DNA of 64,000 bases from the human T2T-CHM13v2.0 reference genome, Homo sapiens. Position 1 is the stretch's first letter. Each line of letters begins with the position of its first letter. The stretch lies in the NCBI RefSeq assembly GCF_009914755.1, contig NC_060948.1; one strand, 5' to 3'. Shown here in pieces: positions 17,711 to 37,265 of the stretch. The notes under the pieces were generated by a model. That model was not told where the DNA came from, ran no database searches, and was given only the letters and a program-made list of their open reading frames with translations. The translations under genes were made by a program, and so were the position numbers.

Positions 17711-18227
17711 CTTATAGAGAACACACCTAATTTTCACAAGTGTTTTAAACTTGCTCCTCTCTTCATGGGTAGCAATGAGTACGTTCTTATCCTTTGTTTC
17801 TTTCGAAGAAATCAGTGTGTTTCTAAGACAGTATAAGCTGATAGCCTATGTGGACAAGAGGAGGAGGTATTGTGTTATAAGGAATTTTTTTTGTATAAAC
17901 CAGAGAGAGGAGAGAGAGAATTATTGTGTGAGTACACAAGACTTATCCACGAAGGTGTGTTTAAGACAAATTTGAATTTCTACAGGAAACTGACCCCCTA
18001 CAAGCCAAATGTATGGATTATGACAAAGCCTGTGATTGGCTCCAGAAATCCATCAGCTCATTTTGAAGCTTAGTTTTTAATTTAGTTCTGAAACAAAAAG
18101 AATGAGTAAAATGTTTCTCTGATACAATGTCCAAAATGGTGAGGCAAACTACACCAGCAGAGAAAGCTGTTGGCCATCATGCAAGCTGTGCGGAGTTTAT
18201 GAAATTAGCATGCAGAGGCTTCAGTGC

Positions 18228-18588
18228 TGTATTAGTCCATTTTCATGCTGCTGATAAAGACACACTCGAGACTGGGTAATTTATAAAGAAAAGGGGGTTT
18301 GATAGACTCACAATTCCACATGGCTGAGAAGACCTCAAAATCATGGTGGAAGGCAAAAGGCAGGTCTTACATGGTGGCAGGCAAGAGAGAATAAGAACCA
18401 AGTGAAAGGGGAATCCCCTTATAAAATCATAAGATCTCAATGAGACTTATTCACTACCACGAGAACAGTAGGGGGAAACCGCCCCCATGATTCAATTACC
18501 TCCCATTGGGTCCCTCCCATCACACATGGAATTATGGGTGCTACAATTCAAGATGAGATTTGGGTGGGGACACAGCCAAACTATATGA
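18228..18588 (-). mobile_element. THE1 solo LTR (THE1C/D-like)
   Basis: TGTATTAGTCCATTTTCATGCTGCTGATAAAGACA...GGGGACACAGCCAAAC, 5-bp TSD AGTGC. Confidence 0.92.
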
Positions 18589-19059
18589 AGTGCAAACAAA
18601 GTTTCTGACTTCTCTTGAGGGAAAAGATACTTTAAAGATTTGAGTAGTTGGGAGCCAACCACCATGATCTGCTGCCCTCTGAATTAACATTGTAGTCAAC
18701 AACCACCATCTTTGAACAGTGTTAGAGCTGAAAAGCTAGAGGAAAAATGTCTGACTTTCCTCTAGCTTTTCTCCTCCAACACTATTCAAATTTCTTTGCT
18801 TATAAATGGTTAGGTGGACGTGAATGAGGAGGTTGAGCTGGTTCTTACAGAGGAGTGGGGGGTCTGAAATGACTTTCAGTCTGGGAAAGCAAGAGATAAA
18901 TCACTTCTACAGTCTTTTCAGGATCAAGCTTCAGATAAGTGCATCCGTGCAGCATTCTCCCCTAAAGAGCTTGATAATACGAAAAATAAGCCTGCGCGCG
19001 AACTAAACCACACATTGTCTCACCAAATGGATGCAACTGAATGGTGAATGCAGACGAAG

Positions 19060-19507
19060 AGACTTTCTAGAACTGTCTAACGGAAGAGTTGAGGACTTTC
19101 TAGAACTAACGGAAGAGTGGAGGACTTTCTAGAACTGTCTAACAGAAGAGTTGAGGACTTTCTAGAACTGTCTATGGAAGAATTGAGGACTTTCTAGAAC
19201 TAACGGAAGAGTAGAGGACTTTCCAGAACTAACGGAAGAGTTGAAGACTTTCTAGAACTGTCTAACGGAAGAGTGGAGGACTTTCTAGAACTGTCTAACG
19301 GAAGAGTGGAGGACTTTCTAGAACTGTCTAACGGAAGAGTGGAGGACTTTCTAGAACTGTCTAACGGAAGAGTGGAGGACTTTCTAGAACTGTCTAACGG
19401 AAGAGTTGAGGACTTTCTAGAACTGTCTAATGGAAGAGTTGAGGACTTTCTAGAACTAACAGAAGAGTTGAGGACTTTCTAGAACTATCTAATGAAAGAG
19501 TTGAGGA
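19060..19507. repeat. Minisatellite, 33-bp unit (29-bp variant), 14 copies
   Basis: Unit GAGGACTTTCTAGAACTGTCTAACGGAAGAGT(T/G), counted by eye. Confidence 0.95.
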
Positions 19508-19945
19508 AAACCCAAAACTCCCATCGAGGGACCTGGCTCTAGTCTCCCGGAGGTAGGCGGGAACATGACTGTTATTTCACGAGTGGGAATCCAGTTAATT
19601 ACATCTTTCTGAGTGTGTCGAGAGGCTGTGCTAATTAGAAGAGGATTCATATGATGGATGTTAATAAGTTACATATGTTAACTCAATAGCCTCAGAGGCT
19701 CATGTGATTATGTATCTATGTATCTATCTATATATCACCAATCTATATACATATATATATGCATGCAATCAATATATACATAATACACAAACTATATCAT
19801 ATTTTATTAGAGTATATTACAAGAATATATAAATCTTATATACATATGTTCATGTGTCATTTATATATATTTGTGTGTGTATATGTGTGTGTGTATATAT
19901 ATATAGATATGTATATGTAAATGTAATCACATGATCCTTTGAGGA

Positions 19946-20241
<296 letters not shown>

Positions 20242-20339
20242 TGAGGATATTGAGTTATTTTTACAATTCAATGATATTCTGCTGAGTGAATATTGTATTG
20301 TTTTATCTTTTATACATATATTGATGTGGCATATGTATA

Positions 20340-20391
20340 TGCCATTACTTTCAATGGCAAAAACCACAATTCTTTTTGTACCAACCTGATA
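20340..20391. mobile_element. MADE1 (Hsmar1-derived MITE), partial
   Basis: GCCATTACTTTCAATGGCAAAAACCACAATTCTTTTTGTACCAACCT matches the centre and one TIR of MADE1. Confidence 0.85.
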
Positions 20392-20802
20392 CCATTTATT
20401 TCACCTCAACCTCTATTGACACTAACTTCTTCTCTGGTCATATGTAGCGCCCCAGACAAATCTGTCTCCCAAGAGAGTGTATGACCACCCTGGCTGGATG
20501 GCACCAAATTAACGAGTAATGCGTGGGTCAGAAGTTGGTCTCTTGTAAGCTGATACAACAGTTGATGGCTATACTATTCTTATCAATCCTAGCTTGTAAG
20601 CCTCCAAAACTGAGGATCATATGCTGGTTTCTGGTGACTTTATGCTGATAAATACCATTTCGTGCAGGTTTCATGGCTCGGGAGCACTGGAGATTTCACG
20701 ATATTGAATTGTTCCTTCTGACTGAGCTCTGATTGAGCTAACTGATGCTACATTTAATTTCAGGATGGACTGAATCAAACAGGCTTACTAATAAGAACAG
20801 GA

Positions 20803-21905
<1,103 letters not shown>

Positions 21906-22277
21906 TTAGTTTAGAGCTTAGCAAGAACTTCTGGCTCATTAGCATTATGAGGTCATAGTATGAATTTCCAAGAGGGGTGTTAGGTTTCATGCTCTGGGTG
22001 TTGCATTGCTTGTAAACAGTTAGAAGATTTCTTCCAGTTGTGTCGTGAATGCATCCCTAAAACAAAGCCACAGACTTCAACAAGAAATCCCACACATAAG
22101 AATGATGTGTGAGCTTCTTCCAAAAACGAGTGGCAGAAACTGAAGTTGCTCTGAGCTGCCAGAAGTCTGACAAACAGCCCACTGTCAATTACTTCTCATG
22201 GGTTTCTCGTTGCTTCGTGAAGGCTTATTTTAGCTTTCGGGAAAATCTGCGGATCCCAAAATAAACGACTGCAATGG

Positions 22278-22420
22278 TGCAATGGGCTGCGGTAGAGGGA
22301 AATAGAGCCGTGTGGTTCGAAGGAGAAAGGGCATGAGTATGAGCTTAGTCACAGTGGGTTGCTGTGGAAGGAAATAGAGCCGTGTGGTTCGAAGGAGAAA
22401 GGACATGAGTATGAGCTTAG
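22278..22420. repeat. 72-bp tandem duplication of unique sequence
   Basis: GGAAATAGAGCCGTGTGGTTCGAAGGAGAAAGGrCATGAGTATGAGCTTAG at 22298 and 22370. Confidence 0.9.
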
Positions 22421-23066
22421 CTGACTGGGCTTGAGTACCAAGGAAACTAAGCTACCATAGACTTCACAATGAAGAAGAAAACGCAGGCGATGAACTCTTG
22501 CTCTTAGAAACTGCGAAAAAAGGATTAGGTCCCTAAATTGTGTAAGGCACAGTCAGGATTGTAGACAACTCACTGGGTCTTAGGAATCGTACCACGTGCC
22601 CATGGTTTGTTTAATTTTAACAAGAGAGAGTTGAGTGCAAAGGTATATGAGATATCCATTCCTATTTCTTTTCTAGCTTACTTAAAAAAAAATCAGGTAG
22701 AATCCATCCGGTAAAAAATGAAGTCAATGAGGTGAATGTCTGAAACCAGTGAATATTTCAAATTTCTGTCCTAGTTGAAGATGACACAAAACATCAAGGG
22801 GACAGACACTCAAATGATACCCTCAGATGTTGAAATTTTATGAGACGGCATCCCAGCTAGTGATTTTATATCTGACATCAGACATGGCCCTAACAATACA
22901 GTTTAAAATCATTTTGGAAAAGTATTGAAGATGCCACAGTCTAATTCTCAAACTGGAAAATATTCAAAGAGACCCATAGAGACCAAACTATATGCCAACT
23001 TTTCTTCCCCATTTTATGATCAGAATCACATTTTGTCTACCTTGACAGGGTGCCCTATCATTTAAT

Positions 23067-23378
23067 TTTTTTTTCCTTTTTTTGGGGGGGGGGGGCGGGG
23101 ACAGAGTCTTGTTCTGTCACCAGGCTGGAGTGCAGTGGTGCAATCTCGGCTCACGGCAACCTCTGACTCCCTGGTTCAAGCGATTTTCCTGCCTCAGCCT
23201 CCTGAGTAGCTGGGATTACAGGCACCCACCACCACGCCTGGCTAATTTTTGTATTTTTAGTAGAGATGGGGTTTCACCATATTGGCCAGGCTGGTCTCGA
23301 ATGCTTGACCTCAAGTGACCCACCCTCCTCGGCCTCCTAAAGTGCTGGGATGACAGGCGTGAGCCGCCACACCAGGCC
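23067..23378 (-). mobile_element. Alu (AluS) with a G-run next to the tail
   Basis: Full dimer. Confidence 0.93.
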
Positions 23379-24541
23379 CAACATTCTTATTTCTTTTTGA
23401 ATCCCTTTGTAACTGCTCTTTTCAAATCTTGAGTCCCCAAGTATGTGTCACCTTTACCTTACCAATTTTCATAAACTGTAAATCTCATAGACAGTCCATC
23501 GTAACCAATATTTCCCCATCATTGCAGGAAGCAGATGATGATCTATCTACTGAGGTCACCTGGGGAGAGTGTAATCGACATAAACAGATAGTCTCCCCAC
23601 GCCAGCCTGACCTAACTCTCCATTGAGTCTGGCAGATGGATCTCAATGGCCTTCTCAACATTCACTAAGGCAAGTTAAGTATGAATGAATGAATATCCCA
23701 AGAGGAAAAGTCGCTTTGGTGAATTTTATGTTCTATTGTCCAGCATCCAGATAACAGGCAAAATACAGAATATTTCCATGGAGATACGGTGCCTGCTTTT
23801 GCCTCCAATATGCAAGATCTTTCTCAAGAAAGAGAATTTAGAGTGCTCTTTGTTCTTCAAAATGGACATTCCAACTGGAGCCATTTGAGACAGTTTCACA
23901 GTAAGCTCTTCCTGTAAATATAAATGGGGATGTTTCATGATGCATCTCTCCAATTATTTTCATCTGTGTGTTTAGGTGTCTGTTCTCTTGTCTATCACCA
24001 GGTTGCAAAGCAGAGCCTTTTCCGTCTGGGTAAAATGGAGACCACCCATCACAACTACAAAATGTCAGATTGTATTAGCATTATCCAATAACCCCATGAG
24101 AAGGTCATTCATATTCATCAGCTATGCAGTTCAGTTTCCGGAAATTGTTAATGTACTCAAGATGCCAGCTTCCACATAGCCAACTGCCATCAGGAACCAG
24201 AGAGTCAGAAGCAGAGGAGAAAACTTATCAGATCTGGCAGGAGACTGTTACTGAGGTTAAAATTAGCCTTGGACGACTCACAGAAAACATTAATTGCTTG
24301 TGACTGCTAGATTTCTGTCAGTGGCAAAGGTTCATTATTACACAGGACACATCACACTCTGAGCATCTGCCAATTTATTTTCTGCACGGACATTTGTTTA
24401 TCCCTTCCCATGAGTGAGGCATGGTTAGGAGAGAAGAACTAAAACTGCATTCTCCTCAAGAGGTTGACATTCATGAATGAACAATACTTAAATCACCTAT
24501 GTATAAGGGACCCATCTCATGTCTGGAATAGAAGTACAACA

Positions 24542-24890
<349 letters not shown>

Positions 24891-24974
24891 GTACAATAAA
24901 GGCGGTATTTCAGATGGGGGAATGATGTATATGGGGTTCAGAGGATCTTCAAAGAGAAAAATTTGGGTTGGAAC

Positions 24975-25762
24975 TTGAGTTCCTTTCCTGAACTTGCTGT
25001 AACAAATTTATACAAATTGGGTGGTTTACAACAATATAAATATGTTCTCTCATAGTTCTGGAAGGCAGAAGTCTCAGATCAAGGTGTTGGGAAGCATGGT
25101 TCGTTATGAGGGTTGCAAGAGAGGAATCTGTCTCATGGCTATATCCTGGCTTCTAGTGGCCCCAGGTATTCCTTGGTGATATGGTTTGGCTGTGTCCCCA
25201 TCCAAATCTCATCTTGAATTTCCACGTGTTGTGGGAGGGATTTGGTGAGAGGTAATTGAACCATGGGGGCAGGTCTTTTCTATGCTGTTCTCATGATAGT
25301 GAATAAGTCTCATGAGATCTGATAGTTTTATAAGGTGGTGTTTCCCTGCACAAGCTCTCTCTTTGCCTGTTGCCATCCATGTAAGATGTGACTTGCTTCT
25401 CCTTGTCTTCTGCCATGATTATGAGACCTCCCCAGCCACATAGAATTGTAAGTCCATTAAATCTCTCTTTCTTTTGTAAATTGCCCAGTCTCGGGTATGT
25501 CTTCAACAGCAGTGTGAAAACAGACTAATACACTTGGCTTGTAGACGTATCACCCTGATTTCTGCTTTTCTCTCCAACATGACCTTCATTTTGTGTCTTT
25601 TCATCTCTCAGTTATAATGACACTTGTCATTGGAGGTCACACCCACTATATGATCTCATCTTGCGATCTTTACCTTAACTGCATCTTCAAAGACCCTTTT
25701 CCATCATGAGGTCCCATTTCCCAGGTTATGAGGGTTTAGGACATAGACATATTTTTAGGGAT
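24975..25762 (-). mobile_element. MLT1 MaLR LTR split by a THE1 LTR
   Basis: GCTGTAACAAAT..CTCTCATAGTTCTGGA..CAGAAGTC..ATCAAGGTGTTGG, resumes at 25533. Confidence 0.75.
25177..25532 (+). mobile_element. THE1B-like solo LTR
   Basis: TGATATGGTTTGGCTGTGTCCCCA...CAGACTAATACA, TSD CTTGG. Confidence 0.93.
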
Positions 25763-26096
25763 ATGTGTATGTCCCAAAGGTCTGCACCCGAATGCAGACC
25801 TTGGGCAGAGTACAGTTGAAAGGGGAGAGAAAAATAAATACAGAAATGTTTAAACCCATCAATCCTTTTAATTCTCCTTGGATTCTGAGAGAAGTATGGC
25901 ATTTTGAGCATCCAAAAGCTACATAGAGACTTTATCGACAATTCTTAATACTCTCATGCTTTTCATTATGTCCAAGACTTTTGAGTGTGTTCATGATTGG
26001 CGTATGACCAAAACGTTAAAAGCTGCACCAACTGGTATTGACAACGTCTCCATGTCAAAATGATTCATTAGAAAGGCCAAGAATATCACTGTTTAG

Positions 26097-26674
<578 letters not shown>

Positions 26675-28023
26675 CTTTCTTTTCATTTCTGTCTATGTGG
26701 GGCATAACAACTGCCTATTTAGAGATTCTCAACTCACTCTTTCCTGCAGTCCTGAGCCTCTGACTGTCTCCAAAAATGGTCTGAGCCTTGATTATATTCT
26801 GCTTCTCAGCTCTAAATAAACAGGTAACAGTGAAAGGATTCCAAGCCTGCAAGGAAAGGCTAACCATTGTCTAGTGGAACCTTCCTTTGCTGCACAGATG
26901 GAGAAATGCCTGCCATGAAGTTAGTTCTGTTCTGCAGAAATTTTCTTGATCTTGAAAATGCAAGTTCTGTTGAGGAGGTTGAGGTGGGGGAGTCAAGCAG
27001 GAGGTGTGAATGAGCAGGAGTTGGCAGCAAGTCCGGGTGCTGACAAGCGGAGACTCAGAGATGCCAACCTCACAGGTGATGAATTGCTTCTATTACCCTG
27101 CAGAAATTTGTGACTTTCTAAATCCAATTACCCAACCGTGGAAAGTCCCCACCTTTTCTCTCTGACTTTGTCCCTGAGAGAATGAGCTTTGCTGGGTGGA
27201 GAAAAAGTTAGCAATGCCATGTGTGCTGGTGTCTTGAGTTTTGCGTATGACTCTGCTTCAACTTGCCTGGTGGTTTCATGCTATTCTGATTCCTCTACAA
27301 TGTAATGCTTTGTGAGACGATGGCAGACACAAGGCAGATCCTCAGAATACACTCCCGATGATATTAGCTTCTTGTGCAATCAGCCAACACACAGAACATG
27401 AAGCTTGCCCCCGATGTTTGCCACAGCACAGGTTCAGAGCTTTAGGAGCTGGTGAAAAGTAATTCTCATGGTGGTCATGGAGCCACTGGGCATGATAGCT
27501 ACGGGGGTGATATCATCCCAAAGAGATGAGTGTTGTTGAAATTGTCCCTTCATCTCACCTCTCCCTGTTTGTCTAAGCCAGAAAAGATCCACCTGTGTGG
27601 GAATCATCCTGTACCTGGGATTTGCACCTATCAGTCATCCACCTGGCAAAGTAAAGCCGCTTAATGATGTTTCGTTGGATGGTCCTACAACTCAACGTCA
27701 ACGATGAAACAGAGGCTGAAATGATTCCTAGCACTGTTGGTTCAGAACTTTTGGAGGAGACTTGTTCCCAAGGATAATGAAGACTCTCTCATCAAAATTC
27801 CTGGACTCTAAGATGTGCTTATGCAAGCCAACAAACCCTCGCCTCCTGAGGCAGCAAATGCATCATTAGGCAAGAGCTCTCTTGAGCACAGTGAGGCTCT
27901 CTTCCAAGTCATAAGCTGCAAGTAGAAAGCTGCCTAGACCATGTTCCTCACAAAGTGTTGACATGTCTCCAGTTAGCTGGCTAGAGATGATGAAAAAAAA
28001 AAACCCTTCAATATACACAATTA

Positions 28024-28466
<443 letters not shown>

Positions 28467-28670
28467 TCAATTTACACAATTCTAGTTTGGGTACAATTTC
28501 CATACACTGCTTTGAATGTTTGTTAAGAAGTATTCTGGGCCTCAAATGTGTTTCCAAATGTTCAGAGATGAGACGCATCTTTGTGGCTTGAAGATTCTCA
28601 ATATCGACCCATTCTAGGTAGATGGGGACTTCTTTCTTGGATGGACACATGCATTGGAGATCATAGTTAG

Positions 28671-29147
<477 letters not shown>

Positions 29148-29229
29148 ATATATGTTTTTGTTTTTATTGATGAGCGTAAGATAGGTTTGAGGCCGTGAGC
29201 CCCCAAAAGCCACCCTCATGGAGAGTTTA

Positions 29230-30120
<891 letters not shown>

Positions 30121-30129
30121 ATCAGATGA

Positions 30130-30630
<501 letters not shown>

Positions 30631-30658
30631 TAAATTATTGTTCTACCTATTCAGCTTA

Positions 30659-30992
<334 letters not shown>

Positions 30993-31264
30993 TTATTCCC
31001 CCGAACAATTCACTCAAGTGATGGGAGTTATTAGTGGGCTAGAGTTGGTAAGAACCCTAAACCTCAGAGAGGGAGGATGTAAGGAGGCCACCTCGGCACG
31101 TTGGGCAGAGGCAATGTCTGTGCTGGAACATTCACAGCCTGTCCTCCCTACGCTGACTCACCACCTACACTCCCTTCCCCAAGGCTCTGGTTTGTCTTGA
31201 CCAGTCTCTCATGCTGCTCAACTTCTGTGCCTGTTGGTGACATCAACCCCAGTGGGAAGCCATT

Positions 31265-32710
<1,446 letters not shown>

Positions 32711-32935
32711 ACTTAGCACAGGAAATCACCCTCAGAGCTGACCAACTCATTCCTGCCAGGCAGCCTAGGCAGGAAGCTCAGAAATGTGAACTCTGTTTTC
32801 TTCTCCATGGAACAAAGTTGCTATACTAGATCAGAGACATTGTCTTTAACAACCAGAAACATTCACTGAACTGGGATTTGGTATCTCTGAGTGTTCTGCC
32901 TGAGGCATTTATGAGTGCCAAAAAGAGCAGCACAA

Positions 32936-33283
<348 letters not shown>

Positions 33284-33406
33284 TTAAAAACAGCTAGGAA
33301 ACAAGACACGGGGAGTGGTAGTCATGGCAGATTTACAGAAGTGTAACGTTTCCAAGAAACTACTTTAAAAGAGAGAAGCACATTAGGGAAGACACCCTCT
33401 CGCTCA

Positions 33407-33841
<435 letters not shown>

Positions 33842-33954
33842 TCAAGGTAGGTCATTCTCCTACTATCCAGTCATTAAAAGCCAGGCATTTCTGCTGCATG
33901 AGGAAAGCCATATGTGTATGATGAGCTGTTTCCAAAAATGAGGGATAAAGCAAG

Positions 33955-34497
33955 TGATATGGTTTGGCTGTGTCCCCACCCAAATCTCATCTTGAATTCC
34001 CACGTGTTGTGGGAGGGACCCTGTGGGAGGAGGTAACTGAATCATGGAGGCAGGTCTTTTCAATGCTGTTCTCATGACAGTGAATAAGTCTCACGAGATC
34101 TGATGGTTTTATAAGAGGGCATTTCCCTGCACAAGCTCTCTCTTTGCCTGCCGTCATCCATGTAAGATGTGACTTGCTCCTCCTTGCCTTCTGCCACAAT
34201 TGTGAGGCCTACCTAGCCACATGGCATGTGTGTCCATTAAACCTCTATTTCTGTATGAATTACCCAGTCTCCCAAGTATGTCTGTATCAGGTACGTCTTC
34301 TCCTGAGTGGAAATAGGCATTTATGAAAGTAAAGGAGAACAGCATAGCTTCCATTGCTTTGTGTGTTTTGTGGCTCTGGTTTTCTTTAAAAACAGCTAGG
34401 AAACGAGACATGGGGATTTGTAGTCATGGCAGATTTACAGAATTGGAAGACATACCCAGGTATGTCATTATCAGCAGCATCCAAACGGACTAATACA
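33955..34497 (+). mobile_element. THE1B-like solo LTR carrying a 165-bp non-LTR insert (34291-34455)
   Basis: TGATATGGTTTGG...GGACTAATACA, TSD GCAAG. Confidence 0.92.
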
Positions 34498-34669
34498 GCA
34501 AGACTCACTATGCATTAGAGCTACGCTTTAGAAGCACAAGTCCATGTATTTTGAGAAGACTGCATTCTTCCACAATTTGGTAGGGCTGAGGACCCCCTCC
34601 CCCTCCACCAAGCATCTCTTGAAAGCAGCTAAAGACTGTGTAAGGGTCCTTTGGCAGGGGAATGTTCCT

Positions 34670-35572
34670 ATCATTATTGCATTTCCTGATTTCTGTATGT
34701 GATGCTTTGACACTAGGGGGTCTTGCTGCCTCTAGAGAAACTGACCATCTCAGGGTTAGGCAATTTCTGGAGAACATGAACAACTCCTCTATGAGCATGT
34801 CTTTCATATGCAAAACAATCAATCTAGATTCCACACCCCAACAACATTCTGTGTGGGAGTCTCCCATCCCATGGCCACTCTCCACTTGCCCTAAGGTCCC
34901 CAGTGCCAGGTACCAGGCGAATACGGAGAGCCCCGGTATTAGTCTGTTTTCATGCAACTTATAAAGACATACCACAGGCTGGGCAGTTTACAAAAGAAAG
35001 ACAGACTTAATGGACTTACAGTTCCAAGCCACACAATCATGGTGGAAGGCAAGGAGGAACAAGTCATGTCTTTCATGGATGGCAGCAGGCAGAGAGAGAG
35101 CTTGTGCAGGGAAATGCCCGCTTATAAAACCATCAGATTTTATGAAACTTATTCACTATCACAAGAACGACACGGGAAAGACCTGCCCCCATGATTCAAT
35201 TACCTCCCACTAGGAACCTCCCACAATGAGTAGGAATTCAAGATGAGATTTGGGTGGGGACACAGCCAAACCATTTCAGCTCCTGTACCCCCAGAGCTTG
35301 CTGAAATCATTCAAACTAGGCAATCCTAAACCTGCTCATCCTACCTCACCTGTTCCTTCCTACAGAAACCGCAATAAAGCCTCTCACCCATTTTTTTCTT
35401 CCTACTCCTTCCGTCTCCTGAGCTCCTCCATGGGGCCCTGCGTGATATGACACCCCCATCTTCTTGGGACCTTCTTGGGAAAGTAACAAAACTTTCTTCT
35501 CAAGAGCAGTCGTCTCCTGGTCTGTTGACCTTACTCTACCTAAATCATGATAAAGCCTATATTTTAAAACCA
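34670..35572 (+). mobile_element. MER74-like ERVL LTR split by a THE1 LTR
   Basis: GATGCTTTGACA, CTTTCATATGCAAA, GCCAGGTACCAG, GCTGAAATCATTCAAACTAG and CAATAAAG match the recalled MER74A consensus. Confidence 0.7.
34935..35278 (-). mobile_element. THE1 solo LTR
   Basis: GTATTAGTCTGTTTTCATGC...GGGACACAGCCAAACCATTTCA, TSD GCCCC/GCTCC. Confidence 0.9.
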
Positions 35573-36725
35573 TTCCCTGCCCTGGATTTTCTGGTTGCAG
35601 CATCAAGAAGTTCTGCCTGTAGCAGATGTTATTCTGCCCATGACAACTCACGTCACTCGACATCAGAATTTATCTCAGGAACCATCTGCTGCCAGCAGCT
35701 CCACACACATCAATCACTCTGAACCATATTGGGTAACATGGCTCCTTTTGGATAGCAAAAAAAGTTATGCAACCCCACATGATTGAAGGATATCATGCTA
35801 TTCTTAGAATGAGAACATGCACAGTGCCTCCAAAAGCTACTATTCCTTTACTCATAATTTATGACATATTTGTGTTTTATTTGCAAAAATGAATGACGAT
35901 GCATTCAGATGAGACATGTATTCTACATTCATATTATCAATTCTATGGACTACTCTTGGGGTAGATAAAAATCCACAGTCCCTTGTGGCCATTTTTCACA
36001 CTTTTCCTTGTTCATTTCTCACATTATGGGTCCACAGCCTTCTGACTGAAGACCTTTGCTTGGTATATTATCATCTACACTCACCGCCCAGTCTACACAC
36101 AGCAGTGGAGATGCTATTTGCCCCACCAGGGACAAGGTTTAAAATCCAGTGTGCTCAGCTCGGAGTGTTACAACTGGAGCACTCAGGAAATCAATGCATG
36201 CAACAGTGGTGTGGAAACCCTGCCTGGCATTATTGAAAGAGGCCCAGAAGGGGAGAACTTGCTCGGCAGTAACTGTCAGACATAAGCAGGTTCTCATTTG
36301 CTCATTTTCTTTTTGAATAGATGCTCCCATGATTCAATTACCTCCCACCAGGTACCTCCCACAACATGTGGGAATTCTGATGGACTTATACATAGCAACT
36401 GTGATGACCTATTTCGGGAGCCTGACCTGGCCGGAGACTCCCTTCTGTCTTCTGAGAAGTTCAGAGGAACATCAGAGTTCAAGGTGGAGTGAGATCATGG
36501 CAGGAAGCCAAGGAGGTGGAGTGTATGGCTGTCTGGAGAAACTTCATCTTTCTTGGGGAGCTATACTCCCTAGGAAGAACTTCCAGTAAGTCGAGGGGAT
36601 CCTGGTACACGCTACAATTTTGTTCAATGGCTCCACGCACCTTTGAATTACAAAATGTTTTGGTTCTGGCCAGGGCAGCCTCCCGTAAGAGGCCATCACA
36701 GTTGCTATTTATAAGACCATCAAAA

Positions 36726-37030
36726 GGCTGGGCACGGTGGCTCACACCTGTAATCCCAGCACTTTGGGAGGCCAAGGCGGGAGGATCACGAGGCCAGGAG
36801 TTCGAGACCAGTCTGGCCAATATGGTGAAACCCTGTCTCTACTAAAAATACAAAAATTAGCCAGGCGTGGTGGTGTGCACCTGTAGTCTCAGACACTCAA
36901 GAGGCTGAGGCAGAAGAATTGCTTGAACCTGGGAGGCAGAGGTTACAGTGAGCTGAGATCACACCACTGCATTCCAGCCTGGACGACCCAGCGAGACTCT
37001 GTCTCAAAAAAAAAAAAAAAAAAAACAACA
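36726..37030 (+). mobile_element. Alu (AluSg-like)
   Basis: Full dimer, TSD ACCATCA. Confidence 0.95.
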
Positions 37031-37054
37031 CACCATCATAGTGTCAAGGACAAA

Positions 37055-37265
37055 ACTTACCAGTAGGTTGGGGACTAGAGCGAACCGAAGGGTTGCTTGT
37101 TAATGAGTCCAAAGTTTCCATTTTGCAAACTGAAGAGAGTTCTGAAGATGGATGGTGTTGATGGTTCCACAACTCTATAAATGTATTCAATGCCACTGTA
37201 CACTTTAAAAAATGGTCAAGATGGTACATTTTATGGTATGCTATTTTACCACCATGAAAAGTAAT
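37055..37265 (+). mobile_element. L1MB-like 3' end
   Basis: GTTAATGAGT..AGTTTCCATTTTGC..GAGTTCTG-AGATGGATGGTG..AATGCCACTG..AAAATGGT. Confidence 0.75.

Noticed and set aside
19273-19482. Repetitive peptide (VEDFLELSNGR)n
   Set aside because: In-frame only because the unit is 33 bp; 29-bp units break the frame and there is no splice or start context
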